A stretch of DNA of 43,577 bases from a virus. Its lineage: Duplodnaviria > Caudoviricetes. The position numbers were made by a program, and so were the translations under genes. Shown here one piece after another: positions 17,242 through 27,929 of the stretch. The stretch is from IMG/VR virus record IMGVR_UViG_3300048060_000004, positions 1 to 43,577 of that record; one strand, 5' to 3'. The notes beneath the pieces are model-generated. The model was not told where the DNA came from. It saw only the letters and a program-made list of their open reading frames with translations, and did no database searches. How positions within the stretch are numbered: the first letter of the stretch is position 1; each line of letters opens with the position of its first letter.

Positions 17242-19548
17242 ATGGCAACAAGCTTAACAACAGTTACAGGTCGGCTCCTAGACCCCGCAGGGAATGCGGT
17301 GGCTAATGAGTATGTTTACTTCTACTTGCGTCAGACTGGCGCAGATGAGAGCGTTACACCCAACGAGGTGTTTTCCAGCGGCGACAGGGTAGAGGCTCGG
17401 ACTGGCAGTTCTGGAGACATTAGCGTTGATCTATGGGTGAACGATGAGTCTGGGATTGAGAGCTTGTTGATGGTCACTACCAAGACAAATAAGATTGATC
17501 CCAGCTTGGTTATCATTCCGAGTTCTGCGATTGGCGGGACGATTGACATTGCCGACTTGCTGATTAATCATCAGGCAGAGAGCAGCCCCCAGCAGTCAAC
17601 AGTCCTTGACGCTTCTAAGGCTTATACGGATTCCGAGCTTGAGTCATTTGCGGCTGATCCATCCTACGTCGCTACCTTTGCTCAGGTTCCGTGGAGGACT
17701 GGGATGGACGTTTACTCAATCGCAGAGGTTGATGCGTTAATCGGTGGCGGCGGGGTTGACCTCAGTGACTTTGCCGAAGACCCAACCAGCAACGGATCGT
17801 TCAATGCTACGAACTGGAAGTCTGGCCTTGGTCTGTCACCTACGGACAACGTAGAGTTCGGTCAACTGGAAATAAGCACACTGACATTAAGCGGGACACC
17901 AGTTACAGGGATCGTCACAACGACTACTGACGATGATTCGGTGATTCCGACGAGTGGTGCTGTGGTGGATGCTATTGCGGCAGCAAACCTTGTCATCAGT
18001 AACGAACTGGATGAGTTCGCTGGCGACCCGACATATCTTGCTGCGTTTGATCCCGTAGCGTGGAGAACTGATTTGGATGTTTATACTACATCAGAAGTTG
18101 ATGCATTGATTTCAGGTGGCGGCGCAGAACTTAATGGCTTTGCCGCTGATCCGTCCAGCAATGGTTCATTTAACTCAGCCAATTGGGTAAGTGATCTGAG
18201 TCTAAGCTCAACAGACAGTCCCACCTTTGATGGCTTAACTCTCACCTCTTCATTATCCCTGTCTGGGGACTCCGTGAGTGATATTGAGTCCGTCATCACT
18301 GACACTGATTCAGCACTTCCTACCAGTGGTGCAGTCGTGGATTACAATGCACTGAATCGCGCTGTAACACAGATTATTGTAAAGCAAGCCTCAGACTTAA
18401 GCGGAACCTTGGACAGCACCAAGGTTTATGTCATTGACGGAATAATCGACATGGGTAGCCAGACGATTGAGGTTCCATCTGGAGGCTTATCTATCATTGG
18501 GTCTACATTCGACGTATCTCAGCTTACTAGCTCCGCAAATACTTACGATATGTTTACGTCGCCAGTTGGCGGTAGCGGAAACTTAGTGATAAAAGATGTC
18601 GGCATTACGACAAGCGGAACTGGTTCCAGCGTGTTCGCACTAACTGACGCGACGGGTTTTAATGCAATCGAAATCAAGGTTGTCAACTTCAATAACTGTA
18701 CATCTCTAGGCTATCTTGACGGTTATCGCCAAGGGCTTGAGAGCGGCACTGGGCGATTTGGCGGCACACCTGAGCTTGAATTTAGGAGTGCATGGGTTGG
18801 CGGCTATCGAACAGAAACCACAATCGCACGCGGAATGAGCAACTTCACATCGCTATTCAAAGCAGGGGCGGGCTTTACTTATGATGGCCGTGTCATTCTT
18901 GGCATGAATTGCGACCTACCAGCAACAGGCGCATTCTGCGACTTTGCGGCAAGTAATATCGACAATGACGAATCGTTGCAACTTTCTGACTGCCGTGTAA
19001 CTCGTGCTGGAGTTTTGGATGCTTCAGATACCACAATTTATCCGAACATTGACCATACCAATGTGAAGTGTTTGTGGACGGATAACGCTGGACTGCCGAA
19101 TACTACAAAATACATCAAGGGTAATATCACTACCGAAGTTACTACTGTCGTATCGGCAACCAACACATATTACCCGTTAGCGGGAACATTTACGGTAGAA
19201 ACAAGCTCGCATTTGGACATGCCATCAAACGGCGAGTTCCGACTGCTATCGGGCAATGGGACGTATCAGATTTTGGGTGATTTTGTGATTGATGGATCAG
19301 CCAACGATGTTGTTGATATGCGCGTAACGAAAAGCACAGATGGGGGTGCAACATGGCCCACAGAAGTTATACACATCCGTAGACAAATAAACTCGCTTGT
19401 TGGTGGCCGGGATGTCGCCTTTTTCCCAATAAATTTCATCGCCACTCTGCAAGAAGATGACCGTGTTCGCCTTGAAATAGAGAACACAACAAGCACATCC
19501 AACCTAACAGCAGAGCTGGATTCATACCTCATTGTTACAGCCATATAA
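17242..19548 (+). CDS. Tail fibre/spike protein with internal duplication
   Basis: TGRLLDPAG.A start, S/T/G-rich, duplicated ~112-aa block ending PTSGAVVD, beta-helix-like C-half. Confidence 0.75.
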   Translation: MATSLTTVTGRLLDPAGNAVANEYVYFYLRQTGADESVTPNEVFSSGDRVEARTGSSGDISVDLWVNDESGIESLLMVTTKTNKIDPSLVIIPSSAIGGTIDIADLLINHQAESSPQQSTVLDASKAYTDSELESFAADPSYVATFAQVPWRTGMDVYSIAEVDALIGGGGVDLSDFAEDPTSNGSFNATNWKSGLGLSPTDNVEFGQLEISTLTLSGTPVTGIVTTTTDDDSVIPTSGAVVDAIAAANLVISNELDEFAGDPTYLAAFDPVAWRTDLDVYTTSEVDALISGGGAELNGFAADPSSNGSFNSANWVSDLSLSSTDSPTFDGLTLTSSLSLSGDSVSDIESVITDTDSALPTSGAVVDYNALNRAVTQIIVKQASDLSGTLDSTKVYVIDGIIDMGSQTIEVPSGGLSIIGSTFDVSQLTSSANTYDMFTSPVGGSGNLVIKDVGITTSGTGSSVFALTDATGFNAIEIKVVNFNNCTSLGYLDGYRQGLESGTGRFGGTPELEFRSAWVGGYRTETTIARGMSNFTSLFKAGAGFTYDGRVILGMNCDLPATGAFCDFAASNIDNDESLQLSDCRVTRAGVLDASDTTIYPNIDHTNVKCLWTDNAGLPNTTKYIKGNITTEVTTVVSATNTYYPLAGTFTVETSSHLDMPSNGEFRLLSGNGTYQILGDFVIDGSANDVVDMRVTKSTDGGATWPTEVIHIRRQINSLVGGRDVAFFPINFIATLQEDDRVRLEIENTTSTSNLTAELDSYLIVTAI

Positions 19549-19551
19549 CTA

Positions 19552-21804
19552 ATGTCAAGAGATCACGGAAATAACAGATTCGACCTATTTGGATCACCTG
19601 AGCTGGTTAAGCTATACAACGGACGATATCGTGTAAGCGTTCGCGTAGAAGTCACTGATGCTCAGGAGGATTGGTATTCAGCCAACAAGAATAACTTCTG
19701 GAAGGAGTTCGGTGCTAAGTATGGCGATCCCATTACAGTAGACGGAAAAACCGTTGATTGGGAGCCTGATACTGGCGAGGAATACGACAATCTGCATCTA
19801 GTATCCACCGACTTCGGATACCTTGGAGGCCAGAAGCAAGAGCCAGTCATCACGCTGATCTACGAGACGCTTACTAATGCATACGTCCAAGAGACTGACG
19901 ATGCGGTTGATGTGGAGCTCAACGGACTGCGCCGCGTAACCCGAACCCTGATTGCACAAGAGGGAACTGCATACACTGGAGTCGCAGGGCAAAGTTTCAT
20001 CACGGATTCAAGTCTCGACCTAGCGGAAAAGACACTCTATCTTGGGACATTCCAAGAGGATCAGAAGAACCCCAGCCAAGGTGGGTTCACCCGTATCACC
20101 GAGCAATGGCTAGAGCGGGGCGAGATTGCCCGTAGAGAGGACTTTGAGGATTCACGAGGGGTAATTAGCATTACATACTTCGGAGACTGCCCAGAGGCTC
20201 CTGACGGCTATACAGCGATAGGTAAAGAAGAGTCCAACGTTGGCGGATTCAAGACCTGCACAGTGACCTACGCGAAGGATGGCGCAATCATCTCTCGCAG
20301 CAAGGACAAGGTTGGTTCGCAGGTAGCTGTCACATTTGAGGTGTTCAACGGAACCGCTGATGCTGCTGACGCGAATGACTACGGAGATGGCAGCAACTAC
20401 ACTCTCGCAAACGAGGCTGAGTCCAACGTTGATGGCATACCTACACGCAGATACACGTTCCTTGAAAGTGGCTGCATCCTGTCTGAGTCCTATGATTACG
20501 TGGGTTCACAGAAAGCAGTGGTGCGCGAGGTGTTTGACGGAACGCCATTTACTCCATCTGGGTATCGGTTGGCATCTACGCAGGAGTCCGACTGGGAGGG
20601 CATTCCGACTAAGCGATACACGTTTCTTGAGCCGAGTATCCTTACGCTGTCGCAGGACTTCAACAATGGTCGCAAGCGGGTAAGCGTATCAGCCTTTGCG
20701 CTAACAGATAGTCAGGTTGACTCATTGCTCTCCGAGGTCACATCCAGCCATAAGCTAATCAGCCAGAGCGAGGGGGATTATGAGGGCATCAAGACATCTC
20801 AGTTTGTCTACGAGCTGGACGAGTCCTTCGTTGAGGACTACGAGCTTAACGGCTTAAAGAGAATCAGTCTCATTGAGCTTTCGCTGAGTTCGTTCACACC
20901 ATACGAATTTGGCACTCCAAGTGCAACAGCCCCCACCACTGGGCTATATCTGGCAACTCAGGACATCGACAACGGTGGAGCTGTAAAGGTTCGCCAGTCC
21001 GTGTGGATTCAAGAGGGTCTTGTGAATACCGCATCTCGCTCTGGACCGACAAGTATTTCTGGCACAACGTATATTACATACCAGTCAGTCGGGTTGCCAC
21101 ACGACCTACCCGTGGACGCCGTTATTACCGAGTCTAGGGATATTGATATTGACGGATTTACTACATATATCCGAACCATACTTCAAGGTGACATCGAAGG
21201 CATTCAACAGGAATACAAAGACGTTGTAGATGTCTTTACTCCAGGAACGGTGGAATGCACGACCGAGGCAGTTTCATCTGGAGGCGTATCTGGGACAATA
21301 GCGGTAACGAATCACGTCCCGCCACGAAGGAAGAAGGTGGCCGCAACTGTCACTGTAGAGATTACGACAGACCCGCCAGACACCATATCGCTTGCGTATG
21401 ACTTGGGTCAAATTAGCTGCTCAGTTACCTCTACCAATGTATCGCTTGCTGTTGGCTCTGGGGCAACTGTTAGCGTGTCGGACGGAAGCACATCAACATC
21501 TGACACTGGATATACTCAGTCATTCTCGGCTAGTGCCAATATCCAGACCTACCCAGGAAGCTACCTCACGCAATCCAGCAGCACTGGAACTATTAGTTAC
21601 ATTGCATCGTCGCAGCCTGTAGCCAACGGCAATATCATAACCAGAGATGAGTCCAGCAGCTCCAGAGATACGACATGCACTGGAACTGGATCAACTTCGG
21701 CTGACGGTTACGTAGAAACTGGAGTTATCAAGAGAGTATCACGACCAGTATTTAGCGACATTGACGGAATAACTTACTATGAAGTAATAACTTGGAGCGT
21801 ATAA
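19552..21804 (+). CDS. Tail structural protein with ~50-aa repeats
   Basis: Repeated ES..(D/E)GIPT.RYTFL-type units. Confidence 0.65.
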   Translation: MSRDHGNNRFDLFGSPELVKLYNGRYRVSVRVEVTDAQEDWYSANKNNFWKEFGAKYGDPITVDGKTVDWEPDTGEEYDNLHLVSTDFGYLGGQKQEPVITLIYETLTNAYVQETDDAVDVELNGLRRVTRTLIAQEGTAYTGVAGQSFITDSSLDLAEKTLYLGTFQEDQKNPSQGGFTRITEQWLERGEIARREDFEDSRGVISITYFGDCPEAPDGYTAIGKEESNVGGFKTCTVTYAKDGAIISRSKDKVGSQVAVTFEVFNGTADAADANDYGDGSNYTLANEAESNVDGIPTRRYTFLESGCILSESYDYVGSQKAVVREVFDGTPFTPSGYRLASTQESDWEGIPTKRYTFLEPSILTLSQDFNNGRKRVSVSAFALTDSQVDSLLSEVTSSHKLISQSEGDYEGIKTSQFVYELDESFVEDYELNGLKRISLIELSLSSFTPYEFGTPSATAPTTGLYLATQDIDNGGAVKVRQSVWIQEGLVNTASRSGPTSISGTTYITYQSVGLPHDLPVDAVITESRDIDIDGFTTYIRTILQGDIEGIQQEYKDVVDVFTPGTVECTTEAVSSGGVSGTIAVTNHVPPRRKKVAATVTVEITTDPPDTISLAYDLGQISCSVTSTNVSLAVGSGATVSVSDGSTSTSDTGYTQSFSASANIQTYPGSYLTQSSSTGTISYIASSQPVANGNIITRDESSSSRDTTCTGTGSTSADGYVETGVIKRVSRPVFSDIDGITYYEVITWSV

Positions 21805-21809
21805 CGGAT

Positions 21810-22130
21810 ATGAGTAAAGAAGGAAGACGACCAAAGGCGCGATTGAAAAGTGCTCGCCCCGACCTATTCACTAGATTCTCTGAGCCTATTACCTTTGAGG
21901 ATAGAGAAGCCGCAATGGGGCTGACCGACACCACCAAGGGTCGTGAGGATTCGTTTTATACATACGACCAACCTCAGACAGAGCAACCGCAGAGCCATCA
22001 ATTCTCCCTGCATAACGAGTCTGAAAGCCCAATACTTCAACCAGCGAATGAGTCCATAACCGCCATCCTTTGCATCAACGGCGAGCCTTTCAATGCATCG
22101 CTAAACGGAAGAATCACAGGGAAAGTATAA
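21810..22130 (+). CDS. Hypothetical protein
   Basis: ORF in operon, TAATG coupling. Confidence 0.65.
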   Translation: MSKEGRRPKARLKSARPDLFTRFSEPITFEDREAAMGLTDTTKGREDSFYTYDQPQTEQPQSHQFSLHNESESPILQPANESITAILCINGEPFNASLNGRITGKV

Positions 22131-22846
22131 TGCCAGTAGCAACTCCATTCACAGCACTAGGAAGGGGCAATGGATTTCCATATAAGCTAACTAAGGTTGA
22201 TGTTTCTGATCGAGGCGACGGTCAACCGTATGACTACTGGGTTACGCTTGGTGGATTCAAGCAGGGCGATGCAGGCCCACCAACAGACCAACAGATTTCA
22301 GATTCACTAGCAAATGCAATGAAGCTGTTCTGGAACTACAACGGTCATTCGGTTGATTTTACGGTAGACGTGGACTTGACCGCACTCACCATTGACATTG
22401 AGCAAGGCGACTTTGACGGCGGAAATGTGACCGCTCCATTTGAACCCGAAGATAGGGTTTGCGAGGAAGACGGATGGTTTGTTTTCATCCAAGATCCATC
22501 TGGGTTTGAATCTATCGACACAGAGATATATCCGATTAGGATGTATGATGGCTCAACTGACGACGAGGAAAACTTTGTTGGCTATGGAGTAGATCTTGTG
22601 GGGTTTGATGCCTTTAGCCTCCCTGCGAGTTTTTTATTTGCATCCTATATAGATACAATCTCTGTGGGATCTACCTACGAATACAGCGATGCACTCGACG
22701 GCATGTGGTTCGTTGCGGCGGCAGAAACATTTGCAGGCACATCGTCAATCAACGGACTGACTGCTACGTTTTTGATTGATGATGGGAGCGGAGAGGTTGA
22801 CGTAACAATCACCTACAAGGACTTCGACTTCTACACCTACCCTTGA
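22130..22846 (+). CDS. Hypothetical virion/tail protein
   Basis: Acidic ORF beginning MPVATPFTALGRGNGFP. Confidence 0.65.
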   Translation: MPVATPFTALGRGNGFPYKLTKVDVSDRGDGQPYDYWVTLGGFKQGDAGPPTDQQISDSLANAMKLFWNYNGHSVDFTVDVDLTALTIDIEQGDFDGGNVTAPFEPEDRVCEEDGWFVFIQDPSGFESIDTEIYPIRMYDGSTDDEENFVGYGVDLVGFDAFSLPASFLFASYIDTISVGSTYEYSDALDGMWFVAAAETFAGTSSINGLTATFLIDDGSGEVDVTITYKDFDFYTYP

Positions 22847-22871
22847 CATACACTTAAATATCTGATTCAAT
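22843..22871 (+). promoter_or_regulatory. Possible sigma70 promoter for internal virion genes
   Basis: TTGACA-N17-TTCAAT with TG extension. Confidence 0.4.
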
Positions 22872-22888
22872 CTCAATAAAGGAATATT

Positions 22889-23971
22889 ATGGCAAATCCA
22901 TTTTTAGAAGCACTCGCAACATCCCCATCTGCTGGTACGCTTGGGATGTTTAACCCGCGACCAATACCAGAACTAACCCAAGCTCCGCAGGATCAAGTGA
23001 CTCCAGAGCTACCTGCAATTCGAGCAGGTGCATCCCCAGCACTACAAGCCCCAGCCGCACCGATGGACACGCTGGGAGACATGCAGACTGGAGTATTTGG
23101 AGCGCCAATTGCGACACCATCTGGATTGACATCTCCAGAGGCGACACCAACGATTACCGCACCACAACTGGCTGCAAACGTTCCGCAGTCCCCGATGGCT
23201 CAGATTGATCCAGCGACAATGACGGCTGCTCCTCAGCCACCGTCTGGCGGTCTAGCTGCATTCGGAGGACGAACACTGAACCAATACCTCACTGATCCTA
23301 CCGTAGAAGGCGCTGGATTAATGACAGACCCACAAGGACGCATGATTCCATCAGGCTTTGCGACGCGAGCAGAGGCATATCCCGCGTATGAGGCCGAGGC
23401 AGCGGCTAGAGAACAGCGCCTAGCGGATGCGCAGGCTGGACGTGCAGCAGGTGGAGAACCGCGAACATACGGCGGCTACAAAGCGTCTCAGCTTCGTGAT
23501 ATGGTTGGGGGTGGCAAGGCGCTCCAGCAGGCTAAAGCGTTTGCCGAGACTGGGCGTGATCCAGTCAGCGGCGACCCGATTAAGACTAACGAGGATACTC
23601 GCACACCAGAGCAGGTAGAGATGGATCGACTTGAGCTTGAGCGCAAGCGTCAGATTGTAGAAGCTGGTCGCTCCCCAGAGGCAACACCATCCGAAAAGCA
23701 GAGGGGATTGCTGGAAGAGTCCTTTGAGTCAGGCGCAATATCTCAGGCTGAGTATGATGCAGGGTTGCGAGCATGGAAGAAGAAGTTCTTGGGCATTGAC
23801 CCATTTGATGTAGAAGAGGGGGGTGACGTAGTTTCGGCGGGGGCGGAAACGCCTGCGGAAGAGGGTGCAACTCCCTCCACCTCCAGCGCACCAGCGGTTG
23901 GAACAGTTCAAGGTGGATATGAATTTACGGGCGGCGACCCATCTGACAAGAATAACTGGAAGAAAGTCTAA
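22889..23971 (+). CDS. Probable internal virion (ejection) protein
   Basis: Pro/Ala-rich, ends GYEFTGGDP....NWKKV. Confidence 0.6.
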   Translation: MANPFLEALATSPSAGTLGMFNPRPIPELTQAPQDQVTPELPAIRAGASPALQAPAAPMDTLGDMQTGVFGAPIATPSGLTSPEATPTITAPQLAANVPQSPMAQIDPATMTAAPQPPSGGLAAFGGRTLNQYLTDPTVEGAGLMTDPQGRMIPSGFATRAEAYPAYEAEAAAREQRLADAQAGRAAGGEPRTYGGYKASQLRDMVGGGKALQQAKAFAETGRDPVSGDPIKTNEDTRTPEQVEMDRLELERKRQIVEAGRSPEATPSEKQRGLLEESFESGAISQAEYDAGLRAWKKKFLGIDPFDVEEGGDVVSAGAETPAEEGATPSTSSAPAVGTVQGGYEFTGGDPSDKNNWKKV

Positions 23972-23974
23972 TAC

Positions 23975-26900
23975 ATGGCAGACCCTTGGGAACAATACAA
24001 GCAGGCAGAGTCATCGCCTTGGGAGTCTTATGCTCCACCATCTGACAGTCCTTGGGAGTCCTACGCCACCAAAGACCCGTCCTTGGGTCAAGTAGCGGCG
24101 GGCGTGGGAACCGAGGTAGCCACTGGAATCGGTGGGCAAATGGCTGGAACTGCGCTTGGGGCAACCATAGGCTCCGCCGTTCCCGTTGTCGGGACTGCTG
24201 TTGGTGCTGGCGTTGGATATACTGTTGGCTCACTTGGTTCTGGTATCGCTGGATCAATCGCAGCCCAGAAGATTGAAGGACGCGACGATATTAGTTGGGG
24301 TCGTGCAATTGCAGCGGGTTTAATCAACCTAGTTCCTGGTGGACTCGGCAAAGGTGCCAAGGGTGCGGCTACGGTCGGTAAGGTGGCAGCTAGGGAAGCA
24401 ACCAAGGGTGCTGCATTCGGCGCAACTGAGGCTACGTCACGAGCCATCATTGATGAGAAGCGGCTTCCAACGGTCGAAGAGTTGGCTCAGTATGGTGGCG
24501 CTGGGGCGATGTTCGGCGGCGCTCTGGGTGCTGGTGGAAATATACTCGGACGCAAGCTCGCTGGAAAGACCACAGGACAAATTGATGATGACATTGCCAA
24601 GGGGTTCATCAAGGAGGAAGACCTATCTCCAATCTTCAATAAAGAAGACGCTCCAATGTTTTCATCTGAGTTCCGCAAGACGAGGGATGCATTGCATTCA
24701 GACATGGCGGCGCAGGCAATAGCCGATAAAGATGCTGGAGCCATTGGTCGCGTATTAGCATCTGTTGCACCCTCAAGGTTTGTGGGAAGGGAAGCGCAGC
24801 AGACAGCTATTGATTACCAGCGAAGGATTAAGTCTGCCGATGAACTTGGGTCAAAGATTGCTGATCGGGTTGAAAAGCAAATCGCTAAAAACCCAGACAT
24901 CGCTCAGCGAGTAGATGATTATATTACTGGGGCGGCTCCGATGGACAAGGCAACCTTTGATGCTATTGGTCCAGAGCTTGAGAAGTATCGGGAGTTACGA
25001 AGAGAGTTCCAGCAGGAAATGGTTGACCTCCTCGATAGCGATGCATACGCGAGACTAAAACCAGAGCAGGCTCAAGCACTGCAAAAGACAATACAAGATT
25101 CCCTAGATACTGGATCGTATAATCGAAGAGAGTATAAGATGTTTCTTGATAAGAATTACTCCGAAGACCCAAAGCTAAAAGATGCTGCACTCAAGGAGCT
25201 TACTCAAAAGTTCGGCAGCGAAGAGGAAGCTCTCAAGCACATGGATATGTTGAGAGAGGGAAGTGCTCGCCGAAAAGAATACGACCCAAGGAATTTCTTT
25301 GGCGGTGGGGTTGACTCCATGATGAAGCGCCGACACAACCCTGGAGACGCTGAACGCAAGTGGCTTGGGGAAATAGTAGAGTCGCCCGAAAAGATGCGCG
25401 GCACACTTACTGGACTTGCTAGGTCGGTGTCTAGGGCTAAGGCAGATCAGGAGATCGGCAGGCAGCTTGTAGATGCTGGCGTGGCATCTCCGACACAGAA
25501 GGGTAATATGATTGAGGTTCAGTTGCGAGGGACTGGGCCAGAGGGAACTGGCATATACGCAACCCCAGAAGTCCAAGTTGCGCTGAATCAGATTTACCTT
25601 CCATCATCAGATAAGGGGACTGAGAATATATTCCTCCGAGGTTTGCAGGATATGTATAGTGCTGGCGTTGGAGCATCAAAAGCTTCCAAGGTTCTGCTAA
25701 ATACAATCGCGTATCCCGTTCAGTTCTACGGAAACACCGCAAACTTGAGCGGCATGGGCATTAACCCGTTTCGCGGGGCTGCTCGTGGTGGTAGAATTGC
25801 GGCTATGGATGTTCCGATTCTTCGTGACATCATGCAGACCTTTGGTGGCAATACGCCGAAAGCCCGCCAAGCCATCCTAAATGACATTGATGAGATGGGA
25901 AGATATGGAATTAAGAATGCGAATGTGCTGGAGTCAGACATTCGCAAGACGCTGGAAGACGGTGTATTCTCAGGAATGCTAAACAAGGCGGTTGATCCAC
26001 TCGGAAAAGCTTATAGCGTTCCCGACACAATGGGACGCTACGTGGGCTGGAAGGCGATGCAAAACAAGCTGCGTAACATATTCCCAGAATTGTCCGAAGA
26101 TGAGTTGAAGCGTCGAGCAGCGATAGAAATTAACGATACTTACCAGAACTACGACAAGTTGTCTAACACTGTTAGGTCACTTTCTCGTTGGGGTGTTATG
26201 CCGCAGTTCGCATCCTTCACCTCTGAGTTTGCCCGAAACCAATACAACCAAGGGCGAATCATAAAAGACCTCCTATCTGGCAACTACAACAAAGACCTGC
26301 TCGATGCGCTTCCACCAGAGCGCCGCGCTCAAGCAGTTTCAGCGATGCGAAAAGAGGGGGCTAAGCGACTTGCTGCGCTTACCGCTGTATATGGAACCAC
26401 GTGGGGTGCGGTGGAAGGGGTTAAGGCCGCAACTGGCGTGGACGAAGACAAGGAGGCTGCGCTGCGCGATGTTGTATATGATCCGTGGGACAAGGATAGG
26501 AATGTCATGGTGAAGCTGAACGAAGACGGAAACACTGGATGGACTGCTAATCCCAGCTACATCTCACCCCACGCCATAGGAATATCAGCTATGAAGGCTG
26601 GTCTTAGCGGAGAGGGTGAAGAGTCCGTGATTGGGCTTATCGCGGATGAGTTTGTCGGAGAGGGTAGCTTCGTTATGCAGGAGGCGTTTCGCGCATTACA
26701 AAACAAGAGCGAACAGGGTAAGCCAATTTCAAATGAGCTTAATGCACTTCGCAGCGCTCAGGATCGCATGTCCTACTTTATCCGAGAAACTTTCAAACCA
26801 GGTGTGTCCAAAGAAATCGAGAAGTTGAATAAGATTCGGCTTGGCGAGGGCGACCTCACTCTAAAGGAGTTGGGCGCAAGGCAATTGGGTCTACGAACCA

Positions 26901-27511
26901 ATCCATTTGAAATCAATAAGGCAGCCCAGTCTACCATTCGCGGAAACAACGAAGCAGCCAAGGGAGCAAAAGCGCAGTATAATAGCCTAAAGAAATATGG
27001 CAACGCATCCCCAGCAGAGCTAGCGCAGAGCTACGAGAAGGCCAATCGCATCAATCAGGAAGCATTTGAGGCGTTGTCCCGAAACAACAAAAGCCTAGCA
27101 ACGCTTGGAAGGTCAGAGGAGGAGCGCATCGAAATCATGCAGAAGGCTGGCGTCTCTTCGAGGCAGATAATTGATATATTATCTGGGACATACACGGCGC
27201 TCCCAAGGGACAAGGAGCCAACGACATCTGAGGTTTACGATAGCCTGCCACAGGGTCAAGCAGCGAAGATGCGAGAGATCAAAAAAATTGCGAAGGACAA
27301 TCCAGAGATGGCAAAGCGACTCAGGGATACTGTTCGCAGAGAAAGGGCAACCTCCAAAATGAGCGCCAAGGATCGACTGCTAATGCGGATGAGCGTAGAT
27401 GAGCGAACCAGATATATCATGAGGCAGAAAAACCCGAAAGGCTTCATGAGGACGCTCAGCCCAAGGATTGTCACGGAATCAGTTAGGGATGCTGTCATGC
27501 GAAGCAAGTAA
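23975..27511 (+). CDS. Large internal virion (DNA ejection) protein
   Basis: 1178 aa, PWE.Y repeats, glycine-zipper region, helical body, last gene of late arm. Confidence 0.7.
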   Translation: MADPWEQYKQAESSPWESYAPPSDSPWESYATKDPSLGQVAAGVGTEVATGIGGQMAGTALGATIGSAVPVVGTAVGAGVGYTVGSLGSGIAGSIAAQKIEGRDDISWGRAIAAGLINLVPGGLGKGAKGAATVGKVAAREATKGAAFGATEATSRAIIDEKRLPTVEELAQYGGAGAMFGGALGAGGNILGRKLAGKTTGQIDDDIAKGFIKEEDLSPIFNKEDAPMFSSEFRKTRDALHSDMAAQAIADKDAGAIGRVLASVAPSRFVGREAQQTAIDYQRRIKSADELGSKIADRVEKQIAKNPDIAQRVDDYITGAAPMDKATFDAIGPELEKYRELRREFQQEMVDLLDSDAYARLKPEQAQALQKTIQDSLDTGSYNRREYKMFLDKNYSEDPKLKDAALKELTQKFGSEEEALKHMDMLREGSARRKEYDPRNFFGGGVDSMMKRRHNPGDAERKWLGEIVESPEKMRGTLTGLARSVSRAKADQEIGRQLVDAGVASPTQKGNMIEVQLRGTGPEGTGIYATPEVQVALNQIYLPSSDKGTENIFLRGLQDMYSAGVGASKASKVLLNTIAYPVQFYGNTANLSGMGINPFRGAARGGRIAAMDVPILRDIMQTFGGNTPKARQAILNDIDEMGRYGIKNANVLESDIRKTLEDGVFSGMLNKAVDPLGKAYSVPDTMGRYVGWKAMQNKLRNIFPELSEDELKRRAAIEINDTYQNYDKLSNTVRSLSRWGVMPQFASFTSEFARNQYNQGRIIKDLLSGNYNKDLLDALPPERRAQAVSAMRKEGAKRLAALTAVYGTTWGAVEGVKAATGVDEDKEAALRDVVYDPWDKDRNVMVKLNEDGNTGWTANPSYISPHAIGISAMKAGLSGEGEESVIGLIADEFVGEGSFVMQEAFRALQNKSEQGKPISNELNALRSAQDRMSYFIRETFKPGVSKEIEKLNKIRLGEGDLTLKELGARQLGLRTNPFEINKAAQSTIRGNNEAAKGAKAQYNSLKKYGNASPAELAQSYEKANRINQEAFEALSRNNKSLATLGRSEEERIEIMQKAGVSSRQIIDILSGTYTALPRDKEPTTSEVYDSLPQGQAAKMREIKKIAKDNPEMAKRLRDTVRRERATSKMSAKDRLLMRMSVDERTRYIMRQKNPKGFMRTLSPRIVTESVRDAVMRSK

Positions 27512-27515
27512 CCAC

Positions 27516-27551
27516 AAAGAAGCCCCAACCTTTCGGAAGGGGCTTTTCTTT
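27516..27551. terminator. Bidirectional terminator between convergent arms
   Basis: AAAGAAGCCCC...GGGGCTTTTCTTT. Confidence 0.75.
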
Positions 27552-27734
27552 GCCTCTCAGATACCCCACAAGGCGTTTTGATTCCGCCCAAGGGTAAGTG
27601 TCGCGCAAAATCTAATAAGGCCATATATCGAATCTCAGGGCGTATGCTGCTAGGAATACAGCTACCAACGCTAGGGTCATTGCGAGTTCTATTAGGAAAT
27701 CATTCATTAGGAGTGCTTATGATTCTGCAAAACA

Positions 27735-27929
27735 CTATATCTGCTTGTTCTGTGGTAAATCCTCAATCCACCCGCAAGGGCAGTATGTTGAATCATCAGT
27801 CAGCGTGCAGAGAATTTCGCCGCAGGAAGGACAGCCAGACTCTCCAGCCACAAACGGGGGCACAGAACCAGCCGATGCGCTATCAACAGCGAGATCGCTG
27901 CCAGTATTATCCGTCTCGTGTTTATCCAT
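27735..27929 (-). CDS. Small Zn-ribbon cassette protein
   Basis: CPSC...CPC; start inside attC-like site. Confidence 0.65.
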   Translation of the reverse strand: MDKHETDNTGSDLAVDSASAGSVPPFVAGESGCPSCGEILCTLTDDSTYCPCGWIEDLPQNKQI

